From contig NW_003314267.1 in the NCBI RefSeq assembly GCF_000143415.4, positions 2,260,932 to 2,324,931 of the forward strand: DNA of 64,000 nt. The letters run 5' to 3'. A program made the position numbers and the translations under genes. The stretch comes from Selaginella moellendorffii (Eukaryota > Plantae > Lycopodiophyta). Shown piece by piece: positions 11,592 through 24,139 of this stretch. The notes below the pieces were generated by a model. That model searched no databases. It saw nothing but the letters and a program-made list of their open reading frames with translations, and was not told where the DNA came from. Every line of letters begins with the position of its first letter. Position 1 is the first letter of the stretch.

Positions 11592-14563
11592 ATGCCCATT
11601 CTCGCCACGTTCGAGGATCAGGAGCGCGAGAGCGAGTATGGATACATCCGCAAGGCAAGCGCGATCGCTCCATGGCTTTTCTTTGGATTTCCAGCTGCAT
11701 TTGGATTGAGTGATTGGAGGATTGGATGGATTGATTTGATCGCAATGCGATTTTGTTCCAGGTCTCCGGGCCTGTGGTCATTGCCGAGAATATGGCAGGC
11801 GCGGCGATGTATGAGCTGGTTCGCGTCGGGAATGACAAGCTCATGGGTGAGATTATTCGATTAGAAGGGGACTCGGCAACGATTCAGGGTATTGCTTTCT
11901 CGTTTCTTTTTTGTGATTGGAAGCTTTTCCTTAGCTGCAATTCTCGCGATTTTCTTGTAGTGTACGAGGAAACCGCTGGCTTGACCGTGAATGATCCAGT
12001 TCTTCGAACACACAACGTTTGTTTTCCTTTCTTTCTTTTTGATTTGTTTGTGAGTTTTTTTGACTTAAGCATTGAAACAGCCACTGTCAGTAGAGCTTGG
12101 ACCTGGAATTTTGAGCAACATCTTCGATGGTATTCAGGTATCACGGCTATGCATGAAAACTTTGGTTTTGAGGTCTATTTTGTTTGATTTGCAGCGTCCT
12201 CTTAAATCCATTGCCATTAAGTCGGGCGATGTCTACATCCCGCGAGGAGTTGCTGTGCCAGCACTTGACAAGGATAAGCTGTGGGAATTCTCTCCAAAAA
12301 AGATTGGTACGCTAATTTGTTCACTCGTAGTTGCTAACGAGCCTTTTTTTTTTTGTTTTTTTTGTTTTTTGTATTTGCAGGTGTTGGATCCGCCATCACT
12401 GGTGGAGACTTGTATGCAGTAAGTATGTGATAAGGATGAACAGCACAACAGGTTTCACCTATTTTTCTTTTGCAGATTGTCCATGAGAACTCGCTTATGG
12501 AACATCATATTGCTCTCCCTGCGGATGCTATGGGGAAAATAACTTATATTGCACCGCATGGTCAGTATAGTCTCCAGGTTAGTGGTAAGTGGTCCGTGTG
12601 GTATCGTTTGGACTCACGTTTTGCTGCAGGACAAGGTTCTGGAGCTTGAATTTCAAGGTACAAAGAAGCAGTTCACTATGCTTCAGGTAATCAATCAACT
12701 GTATGTTAACAGTTCTGAAGTTATGATGTTTTCTTTATCAGATGTGGCCTGTCCGAACGCCACGACCTGTAGCATCTAAGCTTCCTGCAGACACTCCTTT
12801 GCTTACTGGACAGGTATGTGAAATTTTATTGTCGAGCTAGAGCTGAACTGGCCTTTCCTTACAGCGCATTTTGGATGCTCTGTTTCCTTCCGTGCTAGGG
12901 GGAACCTGTGCTATTCCGGGAGCATTTGGCTGTGGAAAGACCGTTATTAGTCAGGCGCTTTCGAAGGTATTTGGAGTTCATTTGTAATGCGTGACTGACT
13001 TTGTCATGAAACAGTTTTCGAACTCTGACGCTGTCATTTACGTGGGATGTGGCGAACGAGGAAACGAAATGGCTGAGGTCGGTTCTAGAATTTCCCATTT
13101 TTCTTATCTTTGTTTCTACAAATCACCTCTTGCAGGTGTTGAAAGACTTTCCACAGCTTACTATAACACTTCCTGATGGACGCGAAGAGTCTGTCATGAA
13201 GCGTACAACTCTCGTCGCTAATACTTCAAATATGCCTGTGGCGGCACGAGAAGCTTCAATTTACACGGGTATGTCCTTCCAATTCAGGCTCAGCGCTGAT
13301 TTTATCGATGGTTTCAGGCATTACTCTGGCTGAGTATTTCCGTGACATGGGCTATAATGTCAGTATGATGGCTGACTCGACGTCGAGATGGGCCGAAGCC
13401 TTGCGTGAAATATCCGGTCGACTCGTAAGTCTCTGATTTTCTTTCTATTCCTAATTTACAAACGCCGCGCAGGCCGAAATGCCTGCCGACAGTGGTTATC
13501 CAGCGTATTTGGGTGCACGTTTGGCTACGTTTTACGAGCGGGCTGGAAAGGTTAAATGCCTTGGTAGTCCCGACAGAACTGGAAGTGTTTCTATTGTCGG
13601 TGCCGTGTCTCCTCCTGGTGGCGATTTCTCAGACCCTGTTACGGCAGCGACTCTTAATATTGTCCAGGCAAGCGTCTTTGTGCCAGTTGTTTTTCAGTGT
13701 TGACTGGGACACTGTTGTTTGTTGCAGGTGTTTTGGGGACTTGACAAGAAGCTTGCGCAAAGAAAGCATTTCCCTGCTGTCAACTGGCTGATATCTTATT
13801 CGAAGTATACCCAGGTGAGAGACATTTATATCTTGTCTCGTGGAAAACCATTGATTGTTTCTTTTGATGCAGGCATTGGAGGGATTCTATGAGCATTATG
13901 ATCCGAACTTTATTTCAATCCGAACAAAAGCACGTGAAGTGCTACAAAGAGAAGACGATCTAAACGAGATTGTTCAGGTACGTGAACTGGTGAGAGATTC
14001 AAAGTCAGTACTTTCTTTTCACAGCTTGTCGGCAAAGATGCGCTGGCCGAGGGAGATAAGATTATTCTTGAGACGGCCAAGCTCTTGAGAGAGGATTATT
14101 TGGCGCAAAACGCTTTCAGTGTGTACGTGTTCCGGGCTTGCTCTTGTTTATCGCTAACAATCTGCTCCAGATACGATAAGTTTTGTCCGTTCTACAAGTC
14201 CGTTTGGATGATGCGAAACATCGTTCATTTCTGCGACCTGTCCACTCAGGTATGCACTGCCATACCTCTTTCACGTCCTTGAAAATTTACTTTCTCTTGC
14301 AGGCTGTTGAGAAAGCTGCCGGATCCAAGGGTCAGAAAATAACTTTCAACATCATCAGGCAGCGCCTCGGAGACATCATATACCGTTTAGTGTAAGGACT
14401 CTCGATTTTTTCTTGAAGCCACCATTGCACTTCCTTTTCCAGCTCCCAAAAATTCGAAGATCCGGCCGAGGGCGAGTCTGCGCTGTGCTCCACGTACCAG
14501 AAACTCTACGACGATTTGACAACCGCGTTCCACAACTTGGAAGACGAGTACCGCGCGGCATAA
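11592..14563 (+). CDS. VHA-A: Vacuolar H+-ATPase catalytic subunit A, about 20 exons
   Basis: [15 protein letters not shown], Walker [39 protein letters not shown]-terminal FHNLEDEYR. Confidence 0.97.
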
Positions 14564-15587
14564 GATAGAACTGGTTTTCTCCACCCGTAAATAACGTCTC
14601 GTCGCGCTTGGTAAAAAACCATTCTTTTCTTTGCGTCCAAGCTCTCCATAGGTGGTTCTCTGCGCAATATTTATATACTACTCCTGGTATTTTTTTTGCT
14701 TTGAGCTAAGTTTGTTCCAGTGGCAGTGGCAGCAGCAAACTCTCACGATCTAGCTACTGTCACTCCAGGCTTTATCAGTTGCTTGGAATCTATACTCTCT
14801 TGGGACTCAAGTAAGCGATGCGCCAACCATGACAGCATTCATGAATGGGGCCATCCATCCCCATCCATGCATGTGTCATAGCCATGGCATATGCGCCATA
14901 CGTTCAAGGTATATACCTATCGGAGCCAGCGCATGGCCATGGGTCCCATGCCCTCATGATAATGACCATGGCCATAAACGCGACACATGCCACAAAACCA
15001 ACGGTGTCGGTGGCGTGGCATATTCGCGTGGCATCTTTTTAGTGTACGGAATTCGCTGCCAGAGTGAGTACGGATGGCCGAGGATCCAGCGTCTCTGTCC
15101 AAAGCACACGAGGAACATTAAGAAATTTTCACCTATGTGGCGAGGCTAGTGTTGTAAATGTAATTTACGCTATCACGCGGGCTTTACCATGGTCAAAGCA
15201 AATAAGAAAAAGAAGATAGCCCTTTACACGGGATATATTATTTTAATCTCGCGGTAACTACTGTTCTTGTGTGTGTGGTGGCTCTGTTCTTTCTTCCAGG
15301 CGCTAGGTCTAGCGCTTTGGAGGAGGAGTGTGATTCTCGCAAGACGATGCTGCCGCCGCCGGGATCTGCTGTGGATTGCTCCCGCGTCATGTCCACCTCC
15401 CGAAATCTGGGGCTTCGGCGCCGCTGCGCGACGCGCTCCTGATCTCGTGGAGCCGGGAATCCATCCGATCCGGCTGGGGCGCGCCGGGCATTCCGATCTG
15501 ATGCGTGCCGCCAGGCGCTAGATAGATTCTCCTCATCGCGTCAAGAAGGGGGAGCGAAATTTCAGGATTGCGCGTGGATTAGCGGCA

Positions 15588-17376
15588 ATGTCGGACAGTA
15601 GCAGCGGCTCGGCGTCATGTAGCAGTGATTCTATCTCCGGCGGCAGCACGGATTCCATATGCCTCGACTTGGGCATGGTTCCATGGGGAGGACAGGTAAT
15701 ATAACGGTTTCTTCGTAGAATGTAGGCTATGGCTTTCACGAATTGCTAGAATTTGAGGGAGCTAGCTCCTTGTTTTTCCCCTTGTGTGCTTTCTGGACGA
15801 TCCTTACAAATTTTCTTCTCTTTGTTTTTCTTTGGGCAGAGTCATCTAGTATCAACCTCTTACGGCCCAATTTCTGTGATAGTTTGTGGCGACCAGGACA
15901 AACCTGGGCTTCTTACGTACCCAGACTTGGCTCTCGATAGTAAGTGTTTCTTTCTTTGTTCCTCTTTCACTAAAGCTGCTATATCCATCCTTTTTTTTTT
16001 CCTTTCTTTTGAGCAGCTGCTTCTTGTTTCGATGGATTTTTCTCATGCCCGGAAACGTCGTCTCTGGTGTTTCACAACTTTTGCATTTATCATATTGAGG
16101 CTCCGGGTCACGAGGTTCGTACTTTCGTGAAAGAAGGTGTGAGAGAAGTTAGAAATTTCTTTTAATTCTTCTTCTTTCGGTTGCAGGTCGGTGCTCCTGC
16201 GGTGCCATCCAACGCACGCCTTCTTTCGGTGGATGACTTGGCAGATCAAGTTGCCGAAGTCTGCGACTATTTTGCGTATGTACAGTTCTTCCTTGTGGAC
16301 TTTTATCTTATTCAGCTGTTCGTGTTGTTTATTTCAGGTTGCAAGAGGTGATATGCTTGGGCGTAGCGGCTGGTGCGTATATCCTCTCGTTGTTCGCGGT
16401 GAGCAGCTCTTCCTTGTCATCTGGACTTTGATTAATCTAGTTTTCGTGCACACAGATGAAGTACCGGGAGCGTGTGCTTGGCCTTGTTCTGGTCTCGCCA
16501 ATCTGCCGAGCTCCAAGCTGGTCAGAGTGGCTATACGACAAGGTTGGTTGGATTTGAAATGTCATATCAGTATACTGAAAGATTCCTTGTACCAGGCGGT
16601 CATCAATTTGCTATATTTCATGGGAATGTGTTCATTCGTTCGGGACAGTCTTTTAGAAAGATATCTTAGTCCAGTAAGGAGATTGCTAGCTTTCCTGGTT
16701 CCGATTGGTTAGCTCATCACGTCATGATCTTGTGTAGGATACTTTAGCGTCCGGAGAGTCGGGAGCTCTTGCAAGATATCAAAAGGTACAGTGCAAATTC
16801 TCCCTGTGCTCTAGACAAAGGTTGTCTTGCTCGCGCAGGTTTTAGATGACAGACAAAGCAGGAACGTCATGCATTTCTGGCAATCGCTCCACAGGTAAAA
16901 CTGTTCAGCGCAAGATTTTATGTACAGCGCGCTCAAAGCTGTGTTTCACTCGGACAGGAGAAAGGACCTGACGGCGGGGCTGATGAATCTCAAGTGCCGG
17001 ACGCTCGTGTTTGTGGGGGAGCACTCACCGTTTTACAACGAGGCGGTCTACGTGAACTCTCAAATGCCATCGACGTCCACGGCGCTAGTGGCGGTAAGCA
17101 TTCAAAGTTCCAAACTTCTAAACGTGATTCCACCACCCGCAGGTCCAAGAGGCTGGCACGCTAGTGACGGAAGAACAGCCACTGTCGATGCTAGTCCCCA
17201 TGGAGTACTTTCTGAAGAGCTTTGGGTTTGGCAAGCCGCCGTCGACGAGCCAGAACTCGTCTCCGCCGACGAGCCCGCTCAGCTTGCTGCCTTGCATTTC
17301 CCCGGAGCTGCTTTCTCCCGAGAGTCTTGGCCTCAAGCTCAAGCCCATCAAAACCAAAGCTCCAGTCGATGATTAG
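15588..17376 (+). CDS. NDL: N-MYC downregulated-like (NDL/SF21) alpha/beta-hydrolase-fold protein, multi-exon
   Basis: [24 protein letters not shown]-terminal [21 protein letters not shown]. Confidence 0.9.
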
Positions 17377-17491
17377 ATTCGTGGCTCCTCGCCATCGCCA
17401 TTTATCCCGGTGTTCATCACTCCGGCCATTTCTTCCTCATTCCTCTTTTCTTTTCTTGTACAAGATTGTCTGTGCTCCCCTCCCATTCTTT

Positions 17492-17498
<7 letters not shown>

Positions 17499-17531
<33 letters not shown>
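17499..17531. repeat. (CT)n microsatellite in NDL 3' region
   Basis: About 16 CT units, directly visible. Confidence 0.95.
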
Positions 17532-17535
<4 letters not shown>

Positions 17536-17857
17536 CCTTGACGAGAGTTGTTTGTTATTACGCGGCGGCTTATTATTGTTCAGGAATAATTGTGGCACAA
17601 TTTTTTTGAGGAAGGATTCTTATGATTCCTGTAAAAAATAAAAAACAAAGCTTCAAAGTTGTACTGTGCGTACAACAGTAAACACGTTTTTACTTCTCTC
17701 AAAGTCTCCATGGATCTTTTACAAAACAGATGTGTGTAGTTCTTTCAAGGAAAAAAAACACAAGATCTTTGGCACAAATTTGTGTACCTACTGTAGATTT
17801 GGCGTTATTTACTTCTTCCTTTCGATGCTATGGAGCAATAAGTTTGCGCCGCCACCT

Positions 17858-20539
17858 TTAGGTTCTTGCTCTAGCGCATTCGCGAGTGTGTGAGTGAATT
17901 TCACCTCAGGGGTCGAACCAGCTCGGGTTGTAACACCAACAGCTCGGACAAAGAGTGGTGCTGTTGCTTTCCATCCGTGTCATCGCCACTGCAAAACAAA
18001 CATGGTGCTCGCTGAGTGAGTGACTACGCTCGAAGATCAAAGAGCTCGATAACTTACCAGGTTCTAGTGTCGAGGTTGAGGAGCCTGTGATTGATCCTCA
18101 AGTCGTCCGTAACGTAGCTGGCAACGAGAGCTCCAGCGTCGGGGTGAGGCCAGCTGCGAGAGCTCGCGAAACGGAGTATAAAGCTGCCCGTCTTTGGGAT
18201 TCCGTCCACGCCGCGCAAGAGCTCCTCGGCCTCCTTGCGAGACACCATTCCTTCTATCCACTTGGGAGTGACGCTCTCCCACGTCTTGCGGACCTGTGGA
18301 GTCGCCACCGTCATCGCCACGGGATAAAGCCATTGCCACAACCTGTCGAACTGCTCACGCGTTGTCGTCGCGTTTCCAGTCCCGCAGTTCTGCTGGATGA
18401 ATTCGATGTCCTGAAAAAAAGGCCTTGTTTGTGATATAATCTTTTGAGATACAATCGTTACCTTAGAGGTGAAACGTCTTTTACTCTGGCCAGAGATGTT
18501 GTAGAAGCTCTCTTCCAGCTTGCTCATCAAACTTGGCCATGGAGCTGAGTAGCCATCGTGAGAAACCTGCCTCCAAATGTCTTCTCCTTCTCGTAGCAGC
18601 TTCTTTGCGATCAAAACTTGATACCTGAGAAGTTTATGAAACATTAGCAACCAGGAAGGAGATAAACGAGAATAGAAAACGAATCGCCATCATACCCGTT
18701 ATGTTGGCACCCGGTATATTGAGAGACTCGGCCGGCGAATTCATGAAGCTCTTCTTCGGTTTTGCTCACAACGAGTGCTCTCAGAAATGCTGCTCGGCTG
18801 TGAATTGTTTCTAAGCAGTACTTGAATACCATGTAGTCCGAGAATGCCTTCTCCCCACAGCTGCTGTTCATGAAAGCCGGAAAGCTCTTGCGGCTTTCTG
18901 GACGTTGCTTCTTGTCCATTGCCTTGTATACACTAGCCGGAGCAGGCCGCGAGCACGTTGCAGGAGCTGGCGGAGGAGCCATTCTTTGGGATCCAACAAG
19001 ACCGTCGGCACCTTTGGATATCACTGAGCCTTCTGGCGTTTTGTCTGCCGGCATCGGAAACCGTGAAGGTAACTTATCATCTCCAATGCGTGGCGCCTTG
19101 CTTGGTGCGAACTTCGGAGCGGCCATGCCGTTGGATTCATTCGCTCGTAATGTTTCAGGTCGATCCTCTGCCGCTGAAGGTAAGTTGGTGCCATCGACCG
19201 GGTAAACGGCTGCGAAGGAACGCTTCCAGGGTGCTGAAGGCGTTCGACTATTTCTGTTTCGCGAAACGCAGCGGATCGGCCGCGAGAAAACTCTGAGAAA
19301 TGGAAACTTTGGAATGTTTGGCGACTCGAAGCATACACGAAACAGTCGGTTGTCACATTTCGAGGAGAGCTGCATGCAAAAGACACAAGCTGAAAACTTT
19401 CAAAAATATCCAACCCTTGCAGCATACCTGCGAAATCTTTAGCTTAAAAGAAGCTCTACCGTGGACTAGTTTGATAGGCCTCTCAGTAGATGGGAATTCT
19501 ACTCCATCGAATGTAGTTAAAAGCGGCGCTTCTGCGTCATCTTTTGGCTTTTCAACCAGATAGCCCGTATCCGCATAGACAAGGGACGCGACAAGCTGCA
19601 GAAAGTGAAAGAAGTAAGTGCCAATCTGATACTAGAAGAGCAAAGTCACCTCTATATCTTTGTGAATAGCTCGTCCCAAGGCATCCAACAAAACCACATC
19701 AAGAGCAAAATTTCTGCGACATGATGCCTTGCCTCCAACGACGCTCCATACGCCATCTCCTCCTTCTTCAAGTTCATGGTCCTCGGATCCTCCAGTCGAG
19801 CCATCAAGCGACAGCTCCAGAGGTGGATTCTGTGACAAAAGTCGTCGTAAAGGAAAAACTAAAGCAAAATCAAAGGCAGTACCTTTACGTAGTGATTGGT
19901 CACGGATGGTTGCGGAAGGACACAAACATGATGTGCATATGCTTGCACAAAACCGCCACGATTTTGTCCGTCTCCACCACTAAGTTTAACAGGTTCTACG
20001 GTCTCGTCACATGATGGAAAGCTTATTGCCTTCTCTCCAGTTACGACGCCATCAATGTGTAGACGTGCAATGTTGTGTCCAATCTACAAATCAAAACATG
20101 ACTTTTAGAAATCCTCCCATCTCATAAAAACTTCATCAGCAGCTACCTCACACCCAACGTGCACCCATTTCTCAACTGGACAACTTTGATCAGCAAGTAC
20201 ATCGAGCTCGCTTGATTCGGTTTGAACCAAGGGATGAAGAACCAGCCGTAAATCGTTGTCGAGTGATAGAAATGGAAGCGATTGGATACTCGAAGTAGAC
20301 TGTATGCATAGAAACATAGCACAAACACTCTTTAGCTCATGAGAGGAAAACAAGAGGCTCACCTGTCGGATGATAACCCCGGGGTGTCTGTTGTTCTTCA
20401 AGAGATACATCCACAAACATAGCGTGTAAGTGCCATCCTCGCTGGTGTTCTCTCGAGTTAAAGTCACTTGCAAATCGTCTAGAGGTAAGTACTCATCGTT
20501 GTCAAACACGGCGAACGCTTTGGACAGTTTCACGGCCAT
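17858..20539 (-). CDS. Plant SH2-domain STAT-like protein (SHA/SHB type), multi-exon; 3' end approximate
   Basis: N-terminal ConA/LamG-like YTLCLWMYL..KWVHVGCEV, LFRVCFE..RPIRCVSR, and SH2 WIEGMVSRKEAE..GSFILRFASSRSWPHPDAG. Confidence 0.85.
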
Positions 20540-21170
20540 GAGAAGGCGCTACTCCCCGTCTCGCACGAACTGGCATTTCACAGAAGAGAGCACGAATCAA
20601 TCAGTGGTCACAAAGCTAGACTAGACGCACAGAAGAGATGGCATCCAAAACCCCATTAGACCTCACACCGCATCCATTCCCAGCCGCAATTCGGCGCTGC
20701 CAATCTCCAAATGTAGATTGGAGCCTCCGCCGGCTCGATAGCGCGGCGCGCGCATCCAGCGAGCGTCCAGGCCATCGACCGCAGCGATATTTCGAGCTAC
20801 AACGGGAGAATCGAGCTTACCTAGTCATCCGGCGACGAAAATATCCAGGAAATCCAGATCCGACAGCGGGAATCTGTGCTCCATCCCAGCCGCATCGCGG
20901 ATCCTATGCCGCCGCGCTTCAATCCCTAGCGCATCGTAGCGGAAGAACAAATCTTGAGTAAGACTGTGTGTGTGCGTTGCCAGCAGAGTTCATCCTTCAC
21001 AGGAAAAAGAGCTCAACCTTCCTCGCCGCCGTACCTATTCTGGTTTTATGACCGGTCACTGCCGCCATTCAGCCGGTTGTCAGTTTGCTTCATTTCGTAC
21101 GAAATAGGGCTCGTGGCCGGTTAGCCTGTCAAAGCACTTACCGGTCAATCCGTACGCCCACTTAAAATTA

Positions 21171-21311
21171 TCTGTCCACCTCGGTTGCCACGTCGACTAA
21201 CACGTCACTACACTTGGAGACGTTAGAGAAGTGAAATTAGGGCAGCTAGAATGCTCATCAAGCGCAAGCTCAGAATAAGAGCATCGCGGTCGATCTATTG
21301 CCCTGATCGTC
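21171..21311 (+). pseudogene. Degenerate duplicate of the ORC4/GEN1 intergenic promoter and GEN1 5' coding sequence
   Basis: tctgtccacctcggttgccacgtcgactaacacgtcactacacttggagacgttagagaag..tagggcagctagaa..gctcatcaagc..gatcgtc aligns with 24043-24253, with deletions that remove the ATG. Confidence 0.85.
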
Positions 21312-21628
21312 GCCGACATCGCAATCCTTCTGTAAATCACAACTTCTCACAGAGGAAGAGAGAAAATCCGAATGGAGGTTGGTATCTCTACATTTGACAT
21401 GAAAGTATCTTTTCTTTGGACAATGTTGGAGAGGATCTAGAGCTAGAGGTGATTAATCCATTTCTCTAACACTCACTCATAGTGAATTGCTACAGGACAT
21501 CCTGTCGCTGAAGAAAAAGCTTTAGATACGTGCTGCCGATGATAATCTTCCTGTGTCTCTCAGGAGTTTCCAATAGCTTAGCTCGAAGTATCCTTCAATC
21601 CAGAGTGTTAGAACTTATGAATCATAGA

Positions 21629-21880
21629 TACGGCTGTGAAGCAAACGATATTCATCCTGCCGATCTTAATGAAGCCGAAGGTACCAAGTTTCACCTTTCA
21701 AGTTCTCTTCATAAAACCAGCTTTCGTATTTGCAGGACGCAGTGGTCGAGCTGGTCGGCCAGCAAATGCTTTGACACTGTATGCCGGCCGAGGAAGACTG
21801 CGGTCTATCGCCAACGTCATGAAAGCTTCTGGCTGTGATGGATGCTTTCCTTGCCCAAGGTTCACAAAAGGAACCAGAAG
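21629..21880 (+). pseudogene. DEAD-box helicase (RH57/ROK1/DDX52-like) C-terminal fragment
   Basis: GRSGRAGRPANALTLY..LRSIANVMKASGC..WMLSLPK (motif VI and tail); frameshifted, helicase core absent. Confidence 0.7.
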
Positions 21881-21930
21881 CGTATCAGGCGAGAGCTAGC
21901 GCGTGAATGACTTGCAAGTTTTCCCAGTCT

Positions 21931-23988
21931 TTAAGCTTCTGCAGAAACGTTCCAGGAGAAAGTTATAAGGGAGAACATTGACAAGTCACCTGGTTGTGAG
22001 TACCACTGACGCAATGTAGCCTGCAGACCAAACATTCTAAGTTAGTCTTTCATTGCAGCGTGTTAGCAAACGTACCGGACAAACTGGACTGGCCTCGAGG
22101 CCTTGCTCAAGCTCCTCAAAAGAGATGAGCATTTTCACAGGTCTTAAATGTGACAAGCTGCTCACAGCTTTTCCATCCGAGTACCCAATAAGCTCGCGCT
22201 CCAACAAGTGCTCAAAGGCCTACTCCATGTAAAACATTTGGTTAGGAGCTTTTCAGGAAATTGAAAACCTTGTAAGCAGCCTTTTTCGAATAGGAATCGG
22301 AACTCTTATAACCATCTTGATACTCTGCAAGAACAATTTGAGCGAGAATATGGTTTAAGTCAGTGGCTCTTACCTTTGAAAACAGAGTTGAAGGTATAGG
22401 TGTCACGCTCTTTGTTCTCCAGACGCTTCATTGATGTAAGCAGAAAAAGCTCGAGCACAGACAAATCTATATGAGTAAACCATTAGATGAAATATACGAG
22501 AGCCATTTCAGCAGCTACCAGCAAGTGCGCAAATTGTCGGTGGATGTTTTGGTGTTGTAGACTTGGTGTTTTTTAAGTAGTCCAACAGGTTCCGAAAGCT
22601 ACATAGAAGTTGAAAATCAATGAACTGTAATGAATAGCTTACTCACACTGAGTCAATAATATTTCTTGGACTAGAATCAAGTGCTGCCAGCTTATTCACG
22701 AGCTCTTTCGTGGTCTCCATTTGTAGCCAGGCCTAAGAAACAACGAGGACTTCTAATTTTCACAAGAAAGAGAGGCTACTACCGAGATTTTTGCGTTGAA
22801 AGCGTTGGCATGCTGAGCCAGGTTTGCAGATGAATCGACTGGAATAACTAGTACCGTTTCCAGAAACCTGACGACAGAGCAGAAATATGTACTAAAATTT
22901 GATGAAATGAAAGCTTACCTGGTGATCTCTTCACTAGCAGGAGGAAGAAAAAGGATCTTGCGTTGTGAAAAACGAGATCTCACTCGTTTTTCTAAGAGTT
23001 GGTCGGCATCCTAGAGAGGAACAATAAGAGAAAGAGTTTCTAAGATATATATATACCAGTCTGCAGCTGATACCAATTACAGCTGCTTGGGAAGAGGGCG
23101 ATTGCAACAGATCCAACAAGTTGTACAGAAGGGACTGCTTTGGTTTCTGCAAACAAGAGACAAGGTAGATGCAAGAACTAGTTTCAGCAAAAAAAACCTG
23201 CGCAAAAAGATCGAATTCGTCCAGAACAAGAACAAGGGCCTTGTGAGAGAAAGAAAACTGCCTGGGAGGACACTTAAGCACATAAAAATGGAACCTTGGT
23301 CACGTAAAAGAGGCACGTACTCCAGAATAACAGTCAGGAATCGCAAGTTCTCCTCAAAGGATGCCTGCGGGGAGAAAGAGCGTGAATAAACGAAAATAAT
23401 TCCAAAGAACTCACAGCTTTGGAAAACTCGAGCTCGTGTTCCACGCATAGTTGCTTTGCAATCTCCTGTCATCAACATCACTCAAAACGTTATTCGTGAA
23501 AAGCGAGAGACTTCATACATACCTTTAAAGCACTTCGATCATCGGCATGTAAAAGACCATTCAGCCTAACCTGAGAACGAAAACAACAGAACAAAAGTTT
23601 TAGAGGTGAGATAACAAACAAAAGATCTTCCCTACGATCGAAATTCGATCCGGAAAAGTCTCCTGGATTTCTCTCAAAACGTGCTCGAGCACCTACATTG
23701 GGTGCTAATGTTAAAACCAGAAAGAAACCAATGTAGCTAGAACGGGTACCATGGATTTACCACAGCCTCGGGGCCCAAGAAGCAACGCTGAATTGTTGCA
23801 CGCTTGACAAATCGTGTGCCTGAAAAGATCATACAGTTTCCTGGAGAGGAAAAAAGTTGCGCCGAGCGACCAAAACTCGAAAATTCGCCCCACCTTCGAT
23901 TCTCCTCGGCGCTTGCGAACACCGGAGACGCTCGCGGATCGTAGAGCCGGCAACGGAGAATCTGCATTGCCGCGTCCAGAAGAGCCAT
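21931..23988 (-). CDS. ORC4: Origin recognition complex subunit 4, multi-exon; 3' end approximate
   Basis: CNNSALLLGPRGCGKS (Walker A), VLDEFDLF, QSLLYNLLD, LEKRVRSRFSQR. Confidence 0.92.
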
Positions 23989-24139
23989 CGTAAACCCAAG
24001 AACCCTAAAAATGAAAATGCTCTTAGCTACGTGGCAGGGGAATCTGTCCACCTCTGTTGCCACGTCGACTGACATGTCACAACACTTGGAGAGACGTTAT
24101 AGAGAAGGGGGAAAGTTTAGGGCAGCTAGAAAGGAATCC

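Noticed and set aside
14815-15150. CCATGG/GCCAT-rich segment ending in CTAGT, possible non-autonomous Helitron
   Set aside because: No convincing subterminal hairpin or second copy in the window.
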